Position numbers and translations under genes: made by a program
The notes under the pieces: generated by a model
What the model was told of the DNA's origin: nothing
Databases searched by the model: none
Seen by the model: the letters and a program-made list of their open reading frames with translations, nothing else
Shown here: positions 1 to 12,400 of the stretch, piece by piece
Layout of the letters: the number at the start of each line of letters is the position of its first letter
Position numbering within the stretch: position 1 is the stretch's first letter
Source: Lama guanicoe
Lineage: Eukaryota
Length of the DNA: 64,000 bases
Assembly (NCBI GenBank): GCA_013239625.1
Contig: MU054391.1
Span: forward strand, 8,279,095-8,343,094
Direction: 5' to 3'

Positions 1-809
1 GCAAATATGATTAAATTAGTTGAATCTATGATTTTAAAAATGTTTTACCAAATTAGATGTTGAAAAATCACTGGCTTTTTCAATTTCATCTTACACCTAC
101 ACAGAATATAAATTTAAAAGGAGAGTTCTAGCAGAAGATTCTTTTCAAAAGTCAATATAAAATTTTAAAGTGAAATCCTCCGTATCATTTTGGCTCACAA
201 AATTAAATTTATTCAACTTATTACCTGCTTTTGTAGAGATAATTTCCATGTCTCCTTGTTTGCAAACTTTATTTTCTGTAAGTTCAATTTGGTAAAACTA
301 CAAAAACTGAAGTTTTTGTCTCTTAAATTTGATATAATTGCTCTCTCTTCCTTTTGTAAAAATCTCAACTCAGTTGGCTTCTCCCTACTTTTTCAGTGTT
401 CATGGATCATCGTATTTGTTTTTGTTGCTAGGGGTCTTCAAATTAACTCCCTAAACTTTAAAAAAAAACCGATTTATAGAATAAATACACAACAAGTACA
501 AAATACAAGTGTTTATGATTTCTATGATTGCTTCAGTAAATGTACATCCAGTGCTGCCTCACTGACTCTCACAGATGTAAAAATAACTATGTTAAAGGGG
601 AGTTTTCCTTCCTTAAACCCCCTAATTTTCTCTATAAGCCAATGAATACAATTAGGTAACAGAATTAACAACATAAATGCATCAAATTTTTTGGTGCAAG
701 GGATTCCAAGGATGGAGTAACACTGGAATAGTTTTGTGCGTACATAGATCATAATAAGACTTGAATAACATTCATAATGTCATACTCTGTTTAGAGCTGA
801 AATTAATCA

Positions 810-950
810 TAGATGTGCTAACCCACATTTCATGGATGAAGATACTGAAGATGAGAATTTGATTAGCTCAAGTGAGTTGATTCCTTTCTAATAACAAGAA
901 GAGGTTGGAAGGCCCATTTAATGCCGTGGTCTCTCAGTTCCTTGACCTAA
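810..950 (-). mobile_element. MIR SINE fragment
   Basis: Degenerate MIR core (ccacatttcatggatgaagatactgaag); boundaries approximate. Confidence 0.5.
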
Positions 951-2269
951 ATTAGATGTTATATTTAATTCCTCTCTCTCATTTTTATGAGCTCAATCTG
1001 AGCCTTGGCATTATCTAAACTACTCAAACTCTGAAGCTATAGACTCTTTGCTTTCTCTCAACTAGAAACACCATGTCTGTGCTTTAATGTGATTAAAACC
1101 TTTTGTCCTATATTTCTTTCTGTAATCAGTTTTATCTTTCTTCACATCCATATCCAAAGTGCTGAGATATAGGATTATTAAAAGTGTTCCATGCATTGAT
1201 TGTATATCCAGTGATCTGTGGGGTTTTTTTTTTCTCTGTAAACAGAGTTTCATGAGAGTCCTTACTCTTGGAATAAGACTCTTTTTCCACAAGGTAGATC
1301 ACAACTTGTGTATCGCTTGTCTGTTTTTTATGTAGCTCTGTAAATGACTGGGATGTAAATCTGGTATTCTAACTGACATATCACCCGTGTCTTGTACCAC
1401 TTTTTTCCTTTACGTTTTTTATTTCCCCTTCTGCCAAAACATTTTAAGAAATATCTACCCGTGAGAGCCCTGAATGCTAGGCATCTAGAGAAGAGATAAA
1501 TCAAATAATCACACAGAGTGATGTTATTAAAAATCCATGTTTTTTTTTCTTCAAACATTGACTGAGAGTTCCGACAGTAATTTTTTTTCTAGTAAGTTTG
1601 CTCTTTTGTTCTTTCAACCTACTTCTTCAATTATTTAACCTCTACAAATGTCCTAGGCTACTTTCTCCCTTTTTTTTAATCAGGGGAGTCTTTCCTCTGA
1701 TTTCCTGAAACCGAGAGAGGATCTGACTCTGCCCCTCCTTCTCTCCATCCTGCCACCTAAGACTCGAGCTCTGGGTCCTTGGTTGTCCACCTTCACAGGG
1801 AATTTGCCTTATTCACTATCTGCTCTCTTGTTCTCTGATTTTTTTTTTCCTATAGTCATTTAAAGACCAGCATGGTCTTTTCTTAAAAAGCACGGCAGAT
1901 ATTAAAACCACCACCACGACTACTTTTATGCAGGGCCCCACTTCAGCTTTCATTCTCTACTCTCCTTTTCACAAATTCTTAAATCTCTAGTGAAATTCTC
2001 CCATTCGGCTGCCCCAATAAACTCCTACGTTTCAAATCTTTATCATATCTTTCCTCAGTGGCACGTCCTCTGCCGATCACCTTCTTTTGTTTTCCCCCTC
2101 ACTTCCTCACCACAAACCTCACTTCAGCTCCCATGATGCCACTCACTCTGGGGCTTTCCATTTCAAATCATTCTGTGTATTCTACCTGTTGTTTAAATCA
2201 AGGTTTCTCAGGACACAGTCCATACTCTCTTATTTTCTCTGCATCTCTTTTCTCACACCTCACTGTAAT

Positions 2270-2430
2270 CTAATTGATTAAGAGTCTGCCTCAAACAAGG
2301 GAATGTAATTTCACTAAGGGCAATGACATATGCATCTTCCTTGCATGTGTCTTAGTAACTAGCAGACTGTCTAATACATTGTAAGTGTTCAATAAATGTC
2401 TGTTCAATAAAGAAGTGATAAATAAATGAG
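2270..2430 (+). mobile_element. L2 LINE 3' end
   Basis: ctagcagactgtctaatacattgtaagtgttcaataaatgtctgttcaataaa resembles the L2 3' terminus. Confidence 0.6.
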
Positions 2431-3012
2431 TGCTCACTGGGAAGCCATGAGTGACCTTATCTACTGTTTCTCTGTGATTTTCTTAAACTCGAAGTGCTGG
2501 TTGTCTCATCTATACCTTTGAGTGTTTAAATCCTTTCAAGTTTGTCATGAAATTTAAATAATTAGTCATCCATTGTGCCAGGGAAAGACTAGACACACAA
2601 CTGATCCTGTTCAGTTGGCACAATGATTTCATTCATAAGGACTGGGAACAGCACAGTCCAGTGATGCGCAGCTTCACGGACCTGCTGACCCACAGGAGGA
2701 AAGGCAGCCAGGCAGGAACGGAAGAGTCTCTAAAGTGAAAGAGGGGCAAGAGACCTTCACAGCCAGACCTCTTAAACAGAAGAGATGTTTGCAGAAGTAC
2801 CAAAACACTCACTCAAAAATAAGGATATAAACCATCATTTGGTTTGAACATGTATTGAACAGCTTTTCTCATAAAGCCTATCTTGCTTTATGGGACAATC
2901 TGGAAAGGATGTGAAGTATTGATGAGGTATTTAGAGAGCCAGGAAGGTGAAGAAGCTAAGATAACGCTGATAGCGGGAGCAGCAGAGTACAATGGTTTTC
3001 TTCAAGTCAATA

Positions 3013-3041
3013 AAACAAACAAACAAACAAACAAACAAACC
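3013..3041 (+). repeat. (AAAC)n microsatellite
   Basis: aaaacaaacaaacaaacaaacaaacaaac read directly. Confidence 0.95.
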
Positions 3042-3534
3042 AAAAAACCTGAATCACAGAACAACTCAGAAACCCAGATTGATTGAAACCAGACTCAATT
3101 TTTGGAAAAATCATCTTAGCAGGATGAGCGGTTGCACACTGTGTATCTTCTTATGGGGCAGGAGAGATAAGAGAAGAAAGAGCACTGTTCTGGAAGTGAG
3201 GAAATATCTCTATGAGTTCTCTGAGAGTCTACCTCCTACTATGTAAAATACTAAGATCCGTCACATACTTCCAAAAACCTCTTACAGCTCTGAAATCATG
3301 TAATTGTACTACGGCAATTAACCTCTTCCCAAAGTGTAACTATCCCTAAGGTTGACATGGTACTCAATTTTACCTTATGTCATTACGAAGGAAATCAATC
3401 ACATGGATGTGTGTTTTACTTATCAGAGAGTAACTGGACACCATGATAAATACCTAGTAATACAGCTCCTAAATTACCCTCATACCAATTAACTGAATAT
3501 ACAAACCATTTCCCATATATTTCTAATACTATGT

Positions 3535-3740
3535 ACATTAATAATGTATTATGCACTTGAAATTTGCTAAGAGTAGAACTTAAGATCTCACAACACGCAG
3601 TAATGCTTATGTTATAATAATGCCAGGTAATGCATGTGTTAATCAGTTTGTTGTAATCATTTCACTGTGTATACATCACATTGTAAACCTTAAATATGTA
3701 TAATTTTTGTCAACCATGCTTCAATAAATCTGGAAAAATA
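3535..3740 (+). mobile_element. L1 3' UTR fragment (L1MA/L1MB-type)
   Basis: cacttgaaatttgctaagagtaga ... cacattgtaaaccttaaatatgta ... caataaatctggaaaaa matches old L1 3' ends. Confidence 0.8.
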
Positions 3741-3749
3741 CAGAGTATA

Positions 3750-6700
3750 TCATATCCTGGAAGATACTGCCCCTTCTCACAGAGTATTGCTTATAAACCA
3801 GTGCTTCGCCTGGGCCTTCAACAGCCTTATTCCACTTTGTGTTAGACTGGGAGGGTCTGTGCAGTGGCATGTGACACCACCAGCACAGGCCAGGCTGGGG
3901 TTCCATTCCCACACCTCTGTGGCTTTCAAATGCATCTTTTGGACTGATGTGATGCCGTGTGGGCTCACATACCATTGGGACAAAATCTCTAAGTCCTTAA
4001 ATAGTGGTGCTTAGTCCCCAAGCACAAGAAAGGCAAAACCATGGCCAGAATATTTGAACTGTGGCTTCCTCTAAAATAGAAAGTGTCCTGTGTAAAGAAG
4101 TTGCCAACGGGAAACCTGCTGGTCTTTTTGGAAGTGCTGGTCTCTGCTGCAGGAGAGCTGGGTATCTGGTGACACCAGCAGCTCATAAGTCTTGGAAAGT
4201 GGGAGCTCCTACTCCCGGACCCATACCAAGCCTCTGTGCCTACTTACTAGATGAGTCCGCTGTACCAACACTGAGTGGTCAGGAGAGACCATCTGAAGTC
4301 CTGTAGCTCTGTTATCCTATCTAATCTACTCGGTTGTTGGGACCGCTTGACCTTACGACTTGATGGATCTCATAAAACCCAGCCTATGGTGGGCATTTCC
4401 AGCTACGTGATCATGTAAGGACTCACAGTAAGGCCCCCTCACTCTAGCAGAGCCTGAGAGCATCCCAAGGGCTCTTTTTCAAATGTGTATAGTCTCTCAT
4501 GTGCTGGCCATGGTCTTGCTCCAGAACCACAGTAGTTCTGACCATGCTGGATGGCATTATAAGTCTCCCATTGGTGCTCATAACACAATCTTCAAAATGT
4601 CTTTTCCCATCAGTGGTACTGGTAGCATCACAACATCTGCTGGGTCATATGGGCCAAGCGTTGGGGCTACTTTTAGCCCAACCTGCACCTACTGCAAACC
4701 TTTTGTCTCCTTTGAGCTCCTTTCAAAGCTGGCAAAGGTTTGTGTCACTCAGTATACAGATCAAAACAGTATTTCCAGAGGTTAAATATAACATTATGCA
4801 TCAGAAACTGAAAGCAACTTACCAGGAATTGTGTCTTCTTCCCTCTTGTTGGAAATGCAGAGTGAGTAAGTTGTCTTTTGCTTTTGAAGGACACGCGAGC
4901 ATGCTCCAGAAAGACCTCTGCTCCCTCTGAAAATTTCACTGATGTGGCAGGCCCTTGAGTTTTATTAGCATTTGTTTCCTACCCTCCGGAGAACAAATGT
5001 CTTAGCAAGACCTCTGACGTGCTAGACATTTCTTGCTCATTTGTCTGAATGTACAGTTTCACTGACATAATATACCTATTCGTTATGTTTAGGAACTGCC
5101 AGATGGTTCGCCTCTCTTTGGGCTATATTGTGACAGAATTCAGGACACTTAACAGAACTCCAGAGCAAATTTGAAATGTGCATTGTTGTCAATTCTGTGT
5201 AAATACAAGTAGTTTCTAATCCTATTTTCTGATAGGGATGAACTCGTTTTCTCCACCAATGGCTGTCGTCCATGTATCAAAGGTCATATTAATCTTCTCT
5301 AGACAGGATATCACATCTGGACAGCAGCAGTAATTGGAGCTAGTAACTACGTGTTTGAGTCTACAGGAATCTACTATTATTCTCCAGATTCCATATGCTC
5401 TTTTTGCAGGGATTGTTGAAATTTATAGAGATATAAAAGAAAACAAATTCTATATCCTTGAGGTCTTTAAAGGTGATACAATTTCTGTCATTTAACCTGA
5501 GATGTGATGTGTTTCTTTTTTTCCTTTATCTTGGCTGAAGTGGGGAGGATCAGTTTAGAGGCTTCTATGTAGCCACCCTCAATATCACAGCTGTCATCCC
5601 AAAGACTGGGGAGCCCTTTGGAACTTGTACTAATAAACAGGACTATTTTGTGAGTAAATGACAAGAGGGTGGGTCAAGTATTCAATGAAACCACCACAAG
5701 CCAGGCATGGAGCAGGACTTCATTTATGACTGGACTTCAGAATGCCCCATTCCTACAGGGAAGCCGTGACGGTACTTCAGTCAACTTTGTTTCTGTGTTC
5801 AACAGTGCTGAAAAGTTTGTAGTATTTCTCTTTACCTAGTGTGCAGTTAATCAAATAAATCGCCTTAGCTCCTAGTAGGTAAGGGCTAGGAAGCAATATG
5901 TGTACTTGCAGTGTTTCAGGTTCTCTCCTCCTGGTGACCCAGTCTCTTCTTAAATCTACTCATTCCCAGACTGAAAGGCCACTCAAACACTGACAATGAG
6001 AAAGAGATCTTAATGTATTATTGGAGTGATAGCTTCAGACTTTTGATTATCCACCCTTGATTTCTACTGATTGTACAGACTGAGTTGTATCTTTTTAGCT
6101 GCTCGTACATTTTGCTTTTAAAGACATCATATTTATTAACCACCTCTAACTTCTAGCAGATCAGGCCATCTAGCTGCCCCTCCAGTTTTGCCACTCTTTG
6201 CAGTAATTGTGATGACCTAGCTTCTGATGGCTGAGTTGTATTTCCTATCATCTGCTGCTGTGGTGGTCCTGCCATGTCCACTGCCAACGGTAATTTCAGT
6301 TCTAGGGCAGCACCTCCTACCGTGAGCCTTGACTTACAAAGCAGAGCCACCACTGACCTCTGAGTGGCGCTGTTGTCCTTCTCGCCAGTGCACTAGATAC
6401 GACTAGGCAAACGCTATGTTTGTTACGACCTCTATGTACCACTTTTGCAGACTCAGAGGGTTCCAAGGAAACCAAGATGACATTATTTTCAAGAAAATCA
6501 ACCCTGATATCTCCAACCCACATGTCAGGATCCCATTCCATTCTGACCAGAGTCGTGACTTTGGGATAGCAAATCTGCCTGCATTAAAAGTTTTCTTTTG
6601 GGCTAAGTTTCTCTTAAGATTAAGTTCTTGTCCCATTCCTCAGTTTTCTCTATCTTATCACTGCAGGAGATGAGGGTCCCTTTGACATGCTAATGAAAAA

Positions 6701-7062
6701 GTACCCAGAATTTAACATTTAGCTTTGAATGGCCAATTACTTAATCTCAACTACTCCTTACCTTTTATTATTTTGTTTTTCTTAGAAATACCCATCTGAT
6801 CCCATTGTTCTTACAATTGCTGGTTCACTCATGTTTCTCAAGTCCTTGATAAATTGCACCAGCCAATGAATTTCTTTTCGTGGGTATACAATCTTAGTTC
6901 ATCAGTGGTAAAGCTCCAACAGGTCCATTACCATGTGGTGCTAGAGGTGACATGTGCTTTACTTACCACTTGCAGTGTGGCCCTCCTTGCTCGTTAGGTA
7001 ACGGGTGTTCCAGCTCCAGATTCCACCCCAGCAGCTGCTTTCTTGGACCCCCTCCAGTTCCA
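3750..7062 (-). mobile_element. ERVL-class provirus internal region (gag-pro-pol remnant, many stops and frameshifts)
   Basis: Minus-strand translations give gag RQICYPKVTTLVRMEWDPDMWVGDI (~6505-6580) and VALLCKSRLTVG (~6315-6350), protease ALLNTE (~5790-5810, cf. GLLDTG), RT APITAAV..CHNIAQRE (~5110-5340), LGPYDPAD..LWFWSK (~4510-4660) and integrase-like RLLKAQ (~3810-3830); degraded PBS at ~7048-7062. Confidence 0.88.
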
Positions 7063-7660
7063 GCCATCAAGTTTGGGATGCCTAGGAAACAGGATCAGAA
7101 CTCTTGAAAGTTAGAGTGAAAGGGTGTCTTGGTCAGATCAGGCTGCCATAACAAAGTATCAAACCTGGGTGGCTTAACGACGGAAATTTATTTTCTCTTG
7201 CTTCTAGAGACTGAGACGTCTAAGATCAAGACTCTGGCAGGGTTCAGTTTCTGTGGAGGTCTCTCTTTTCAGCTTTCAGAATGCTGCCTTCTCTCTGTGC
7301 CCTCCCATGAGGGAGAAGGACTGAGCTCTGGTCTCTCTTTCTCTTTCATAAGAACACTAGTTCCACCAGATCAGTGATCTCACTTAACCTTAAGAATCTC
7401 CTCAAAGGCCCTGTCTTCATTATAGACACATGGGGGGAGGGGCAGGGAGTTCAGGCTTCAAAATATAAATAGTGGGTGGGGAGGGCTATAATTTAGTCCA
7501 TAGCCAAGGGTCAGGCTTTTATACCCTAAAACCATCAATCATTAGACATAAGTCACTCAGGAATATGCCATGGCCTTGGACAAGTTGGTTCTCTTCACCT
7601 GAGGCCATCTGCAAGGGAAGCTGACAACTGAGGGCTACATGCCATTGGCACTCTGAGTAG
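7063..7660 (-). mobile_element. ERVL 5' LTR (LTR16/LTR33-like), internally deleted and split by an MLT1A insertion
   Basis: gtttgggatgcctaggaaacag (LTR 3' end), ttagagtgaaaggg|tcaggcttttatacc (TATA region) and ctcttcacctgaggcc...ctgacaactgagggct. Confidence 0.7.
7125..7505 (-). mobile_element. MaLR solo LTR (MLT1A-like)
   Basis: tgtcttggtcagatcaggctgccataacaaag ... tttagtccatagc; perfect 5-bp TSD aaggg at 7120-7124 and 7506-7510. Confidence 0.9.
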
Positions 7661-7684
7661 CTCCCACCATGTGCCCCCTTTGGG

Positions 7685-8035
7685 TAGCTGGCCCCAGCCG
7701 AGGAGACTCAGCTCACACAAGGCCATGATTTCTTTCTGGAGGCAGCTTGCATCCAGTGACTGGTTGTGAGGGATACAGAAAAGAGCCAGTCACCTTGCCT
7801 CAGTTCGCACAATTCTGCACCTCTCCCAGCTCCTGAACCCCCTTTAGGATTTTCTGAGTCCTTGTTGCTACTGCTTCACAGAGTATTTCTCTTTCTGCCA
7901 AGAAAGAGAAGTCCTCCGTCACTCCCTGCTTCACTCCCAAACGTAGATGTTCATCACTAGAGTTCTCCCCCAGGGAACTTTCTGCACACACTCTTCTCCA
8001 GCTCAGAGTTTTCTCCCCAGGGAATCAACAGGTGC
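7685..8035 (+). mobile_element. ERVL LTR (LTR16/LTR33-like), 5' truncated
   Basis: ggcagcttgcatccagtgactgg ... ccttgcctcagtt ... ctcagagttttctccccagggaatcaac. Confidence 0.75.
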
Positions 8036-8814
8036 AATTAGAAATCAACACATATATTTTTAAATTGAAGGATTCTGAAGGAAGGAGGTTTCCATGGTTG
8101 CACTTAGGTCTTCACATATCAGGAAACTGCATAAAACACCATGATAATAATAGCCATAAGAAATATATCCACAAATTTGTAACAAACAGGCAACCAAAAT
8201 GCCATTAATACATAATTATAACCATTGTTATGTGTTGCACAACAGACTTATTTATGCAATAGTCTTTTTTTTATGAACCAGCAGTTTACCCTTGGAAATG
8301 CAAAGTAAATTGTAATTCAGTGAATTACATGCTTAAAAGCCAATATTCATATTCAAATAAAGAGATGCCTTCTTTATTCATAATCATATACCATGCTGAA
8401 AATAATCTACATTTTGTTAGAAAGAATAGTTTAAGAAACTCTAGGAGAATTGTTTAACCTAATATTTACCAGCGTATTGTATTTCATCATATTAGTTAAA
8501 TTTATATTCAGCTATTTCTTTCACCTATATCCCTCAAAATATATATAGTCCAGCAAAGGTTTTTTTTTGCATGAACATATATGCCTCTTTAAATCTGATG
8601 ATGAATATAGTACCTATATTGAAAACTGATTGGACAAGATTATCAATTATTTTGCAGCTTCCAAATTCCAAAAGGTCATTGCATGGTATGAAAATATATT
8701 TTGAGTTTTCCAAACCTTCCCTGAAAATATACTTAAATATTAAAAGTATTACTAAATTCATCCAAACTCAGTGTCATTCGTATGAGTCATATTCTGGTTT
8801 AATTCAGAGATTCA

Positions 8815-9070
8815 GCAGGTAGTGTTGCTCAGTGCGTACAAACTCAGGCTCTGGTGTCAGAAATTAGATACTTAATTTTGACTTGCCACTTACTAGCTAC
8901 TTTCAGCAGCTTCATCTCCCTAAGCTTCAGTTTCCTTATCCCTAAATCAGGGTTTATATTGATGATGCCTGTATCAAAGAACTGCTTTCAAATGAAACGA
9001 AAAAATGGATGTGAAATGATTAGCGTGGCTCCTATCACATAGCACACAGTCAGGAAAGGTGAGCTGCTGC
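8815..9070 (+). mobile_element. MIR SINE
   Basis: ggctctggtgtcaga ... ttgccacttactagct ... ctaagcttcagtttccttatc ... gaaatgattagc. Confidence 0.8.
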
Positions 9071-9214
9071 GATCATGCCTTTCATTGACCTTATTTAGGA
9101 CAGACATTGTATATGAATAGAGCTTCGGAAACTATAAAGCATTACGTATAATTAAGAGTTTGTTAAACCTCTACCACCCAAGTCATAGCTTCATGATGAA
9201 TAATGAGAGCTGGT

Positions 9215-9430
9215 TTCTGTCACTGTGCCAAGGACTGATATAATTATGTATTAATAATCTTCATAACAGCCTTAAAATTAAGCCTCATTTTCACCTTTAT
9301 ATGTACGAGAGGTTTGAAAATCAGAGGGGTAAATGATTTGTCCAATTCAAACATCTGTCACATAATGGAACCAAGTGTTAGATTTACAGCATTCTGAATT
9401 CAAAGTCTGCAGTTCCTTTCTTACACTGTA
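9215..9430 (-). mobile_element. MIR SINE
   Basis: cactgtgccaagg ... taatcttcataacagcctt ... ctgaattcaaagtctg. Confidence 0.65.
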
Positions 9431-12400
9431 TTAGCTGTCCAAAAGAAAATGGTGAGAATAATGGCAATTAATTGCATTAGCTATCCTCTGAAATCTCCTT
9501 CAATGTCAACATTTAAAGACGCTTTAATTGGTGAATTTCTCATGCCTTTTTTCCCTCACTTAATCTCAGAAAATGTCCACAAAGGGAAGTTATAGCTCAC
9601 TGGCTTTGTGAGTTTTATGCAGTCTAATTTGTAATGTCCATGTTCTTGATTTCACAATTGCTGGAAATTGTGTGGCTTGTAATAAGACACTAAACTGTCC
9701 ACTGGCAAAATACCAAAAATGATGAAACCTGGGTGTTCATGTGTCTCTATTTTCAACACAGATACTTGGCATAGTTAACTGATAAAATAGCAAATAAGAA
9801 TTTTAAGAGTACTCATAAGAAAACAACACTTTCTTAGTGTTAATTTCCCCCTTTGGTTTCAAGAGAAAGTCATCAACTGTGGAAGAAAAGGTAATAAATC
9901 AAATACACCTACTTTTTGAAAAGGCAGGCAGAAATAGGGAAGTAGGAAAGAACAAACTGTGTGTGCATTGTCCGGAAGCCGGGCTCACTGTCAATCAAGC
10001 GCAGGTGGCTGAGCTGCGAGGGTACTAGCTCTCACCTGACGGTGAGAGGCTTCAGTGCTGCCAAACTCAGATCCTGACAGAGCCGCGTAGTGAGACTTCG
10101 TAGCCACTTCGTATCTACCTACTATTTGTCTATCTCAGAACTCAGTGAGCTGGGTTGTGACAGTGATTTTGTTTTTGTTTTTTAAAGAAGAACATAAGGC
10201 TAAAAGAGTAATAATATGTTTCTGAGTCACAAAAATAAGTAAGGGGTTAAGAGAACAACTTCTCTCTCTCTGGATCATATTCTTGACAAAAATCTTTATT
10301 TTGGAAAAGTGAATTATTTCTCTACATATAATGACAGGGAGGATGGGTCAGTCTGGACTTTTACATATCTGTGTGTCAATGTATGACCTATTCATTTGAA
10401 ATAGTTCTTGGAAACTCTGAAACTAACTTTACTTAGAGTCCTTAAATTCCCTTAGAATTTATGTTTCGTTTCCTTTTTAACTCTGGATATGTAATGTAGT
10501 AAGACATCACACTGGGGGAGAAATTCATTCATGATTAACAAACATTATATGTATGTTCGGTATGTTGTTAACTGTTAGTTACTCTTCACTAGATGCTAGG
10601 GAATTGGTAAAAGTCTCACCTAGAAGTAGCAGTCAGGTTTCTTTCAGTTTTCATTTGAAAATACTTAATTTTTTGTTGTTCTAGTTCTGGGTCTATACTA
10701 CATGTTCTGTGCTTTTACATAACACTTGGTCTCTTACTTCTTGCTAAAACACTGATTTCTTAAATTAAGCGAGTTTCATAGTCTCTAAAACTATTAGTCA
10801 ATATCTACAAAGTAAATGTCAGGCTTCCACTCTGGTCCAGTAATGATCCTGCTTTTTCCAGCTGTCTCCACTGAAACCTACATCTTTGGGTTCAGCAACT
10901 CTCAGCTCTTGAATCATTCACGACTAAGGCAAGCAGTATGTGAGAAGTGTATCCCATGATGGCTGGATTCAAAATTAATGCTGTTTCCATAAGACTGGAA
11001 ATGTGCCCACCTTGTCTCTACTGTGCATTGCCCTTTTGGCCAGATTGGCTGGACTTCTCTCTTGGTACACTGTCATTGCATTCTTGGGATGTATTTTCTT
11101 TCAGTAGGGCTGACACTCTGTTGCTGGCTCAGGTTTGCTCGTATAACCTAGAAAGGCATATGTCTACATTTCATAATCCCAGTTGCCACCTGCACTTTCG
11201 CTGCCAAGATGCTGTTCACCCAGAGCCACCACGAAATCAACCTGTGAACTTGAAATCTGTTGTTCCCATTTCTGCAATCCCTCTTCGTCATAAATCCCAT
11301 GGGAAAGAGCATTTATTTTCCAATGTCAGGTTAGATCATGATTACCCAGCAATTTGGGCAAAGTTCCTAGGTTTCTGATTCTCACTCTGGTACTAACCCC
11401 AGATGCATGTTAACGTCCACATCGAAATTCTCTTTCTATTCATTCCAACTCCTCTCCTAGGCTCCAACTTTGGTAATTTGAACTAAGCAGCATAAAAAGT
11501 TTGAAGACTCCTTGAATCATTTTAGCACAAAATCAGATCTGGTAGTGGGCATAAGAATCTGCTCTGCCCCTTCTTCCTGTTCTCTCATGACCCATCCTGG
11601 TTCTCCACTTCTTACCACTCCATTAGTGAAAGGGGAGACGGATGATGACAGACAGACATAGGTAGACAGACAAAATTGTTTGTGTTCCATATGTCAGCTT
11701 AGAAAATGTAAGTACATAAGTTAAGGTTTTCTCTGCCCTTTGTAACTGTCTTCCAAAAAATCACCCCTTCCTAATATAAACCCAATAAATATTCATCATT
11801 TCATTTTTGCCTTTAAAGCACAACAAAGGTTCTTGTCTCTGGGGGAGGGATAACTGTCAGAACTCTGAAATTCTCCTGGGTAAATTCAAACCAAATTTCT
11901 ATCAGTAAAGAATAAAAAAGTCCTGTTTCCAGGGAACTTAAGATCTATTAGAGAAGACAGACAGTAGACAGTGGAAGTGTGACTTTCCACTAGTGCCAAG
12001 TATACTTCAAATTTTTGTGACCGTTATCTCATCCATCCTTAAATTGACATCTGTTACCTTTTCCTTATCACACATGGGTCTAAGATGGACCTGATAAGTA
12101 CCCTGCAAAAGGAAGCCCCCCTCCCCACCGCCAGATTGGTGTCCCAGTAGCTGGAACTTTATAAGGTGAGATCTTTATCTAAAGTAGCCAGAAAAACAAG
12201 AAGATTTCAAAAGAGAATGCAAGTTGTGTCCCTGGAGATAAATGAGAGCCAAGCGGTGGAAAATCAGAACACTTTCTAAAAATCCAAGTTATACGTACCT
12301 GAACAGTGAGGGGCAATAAAAGCATTCTGATGAAAGGAAAGATTGGAACAGACTGGGAAATGCTTGCGAAAGGTAAAACCAGAAGAAAAAGCTCCAAGAG

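Noticed and set aside
190..645. 151-aa ORF
   Set aside because: Non-ATG start, composition typical of AT-rich non-coding DNA, no recognisable domain
4483..4930. Overlapping 100-aa and 143-aa plus-strand ORFs
   Set aside because: Antisense to the ERVL pol remnant
10947..11378. 143-aa ORF
   Set aside because: GTG start, no homology recognised, no exon signals
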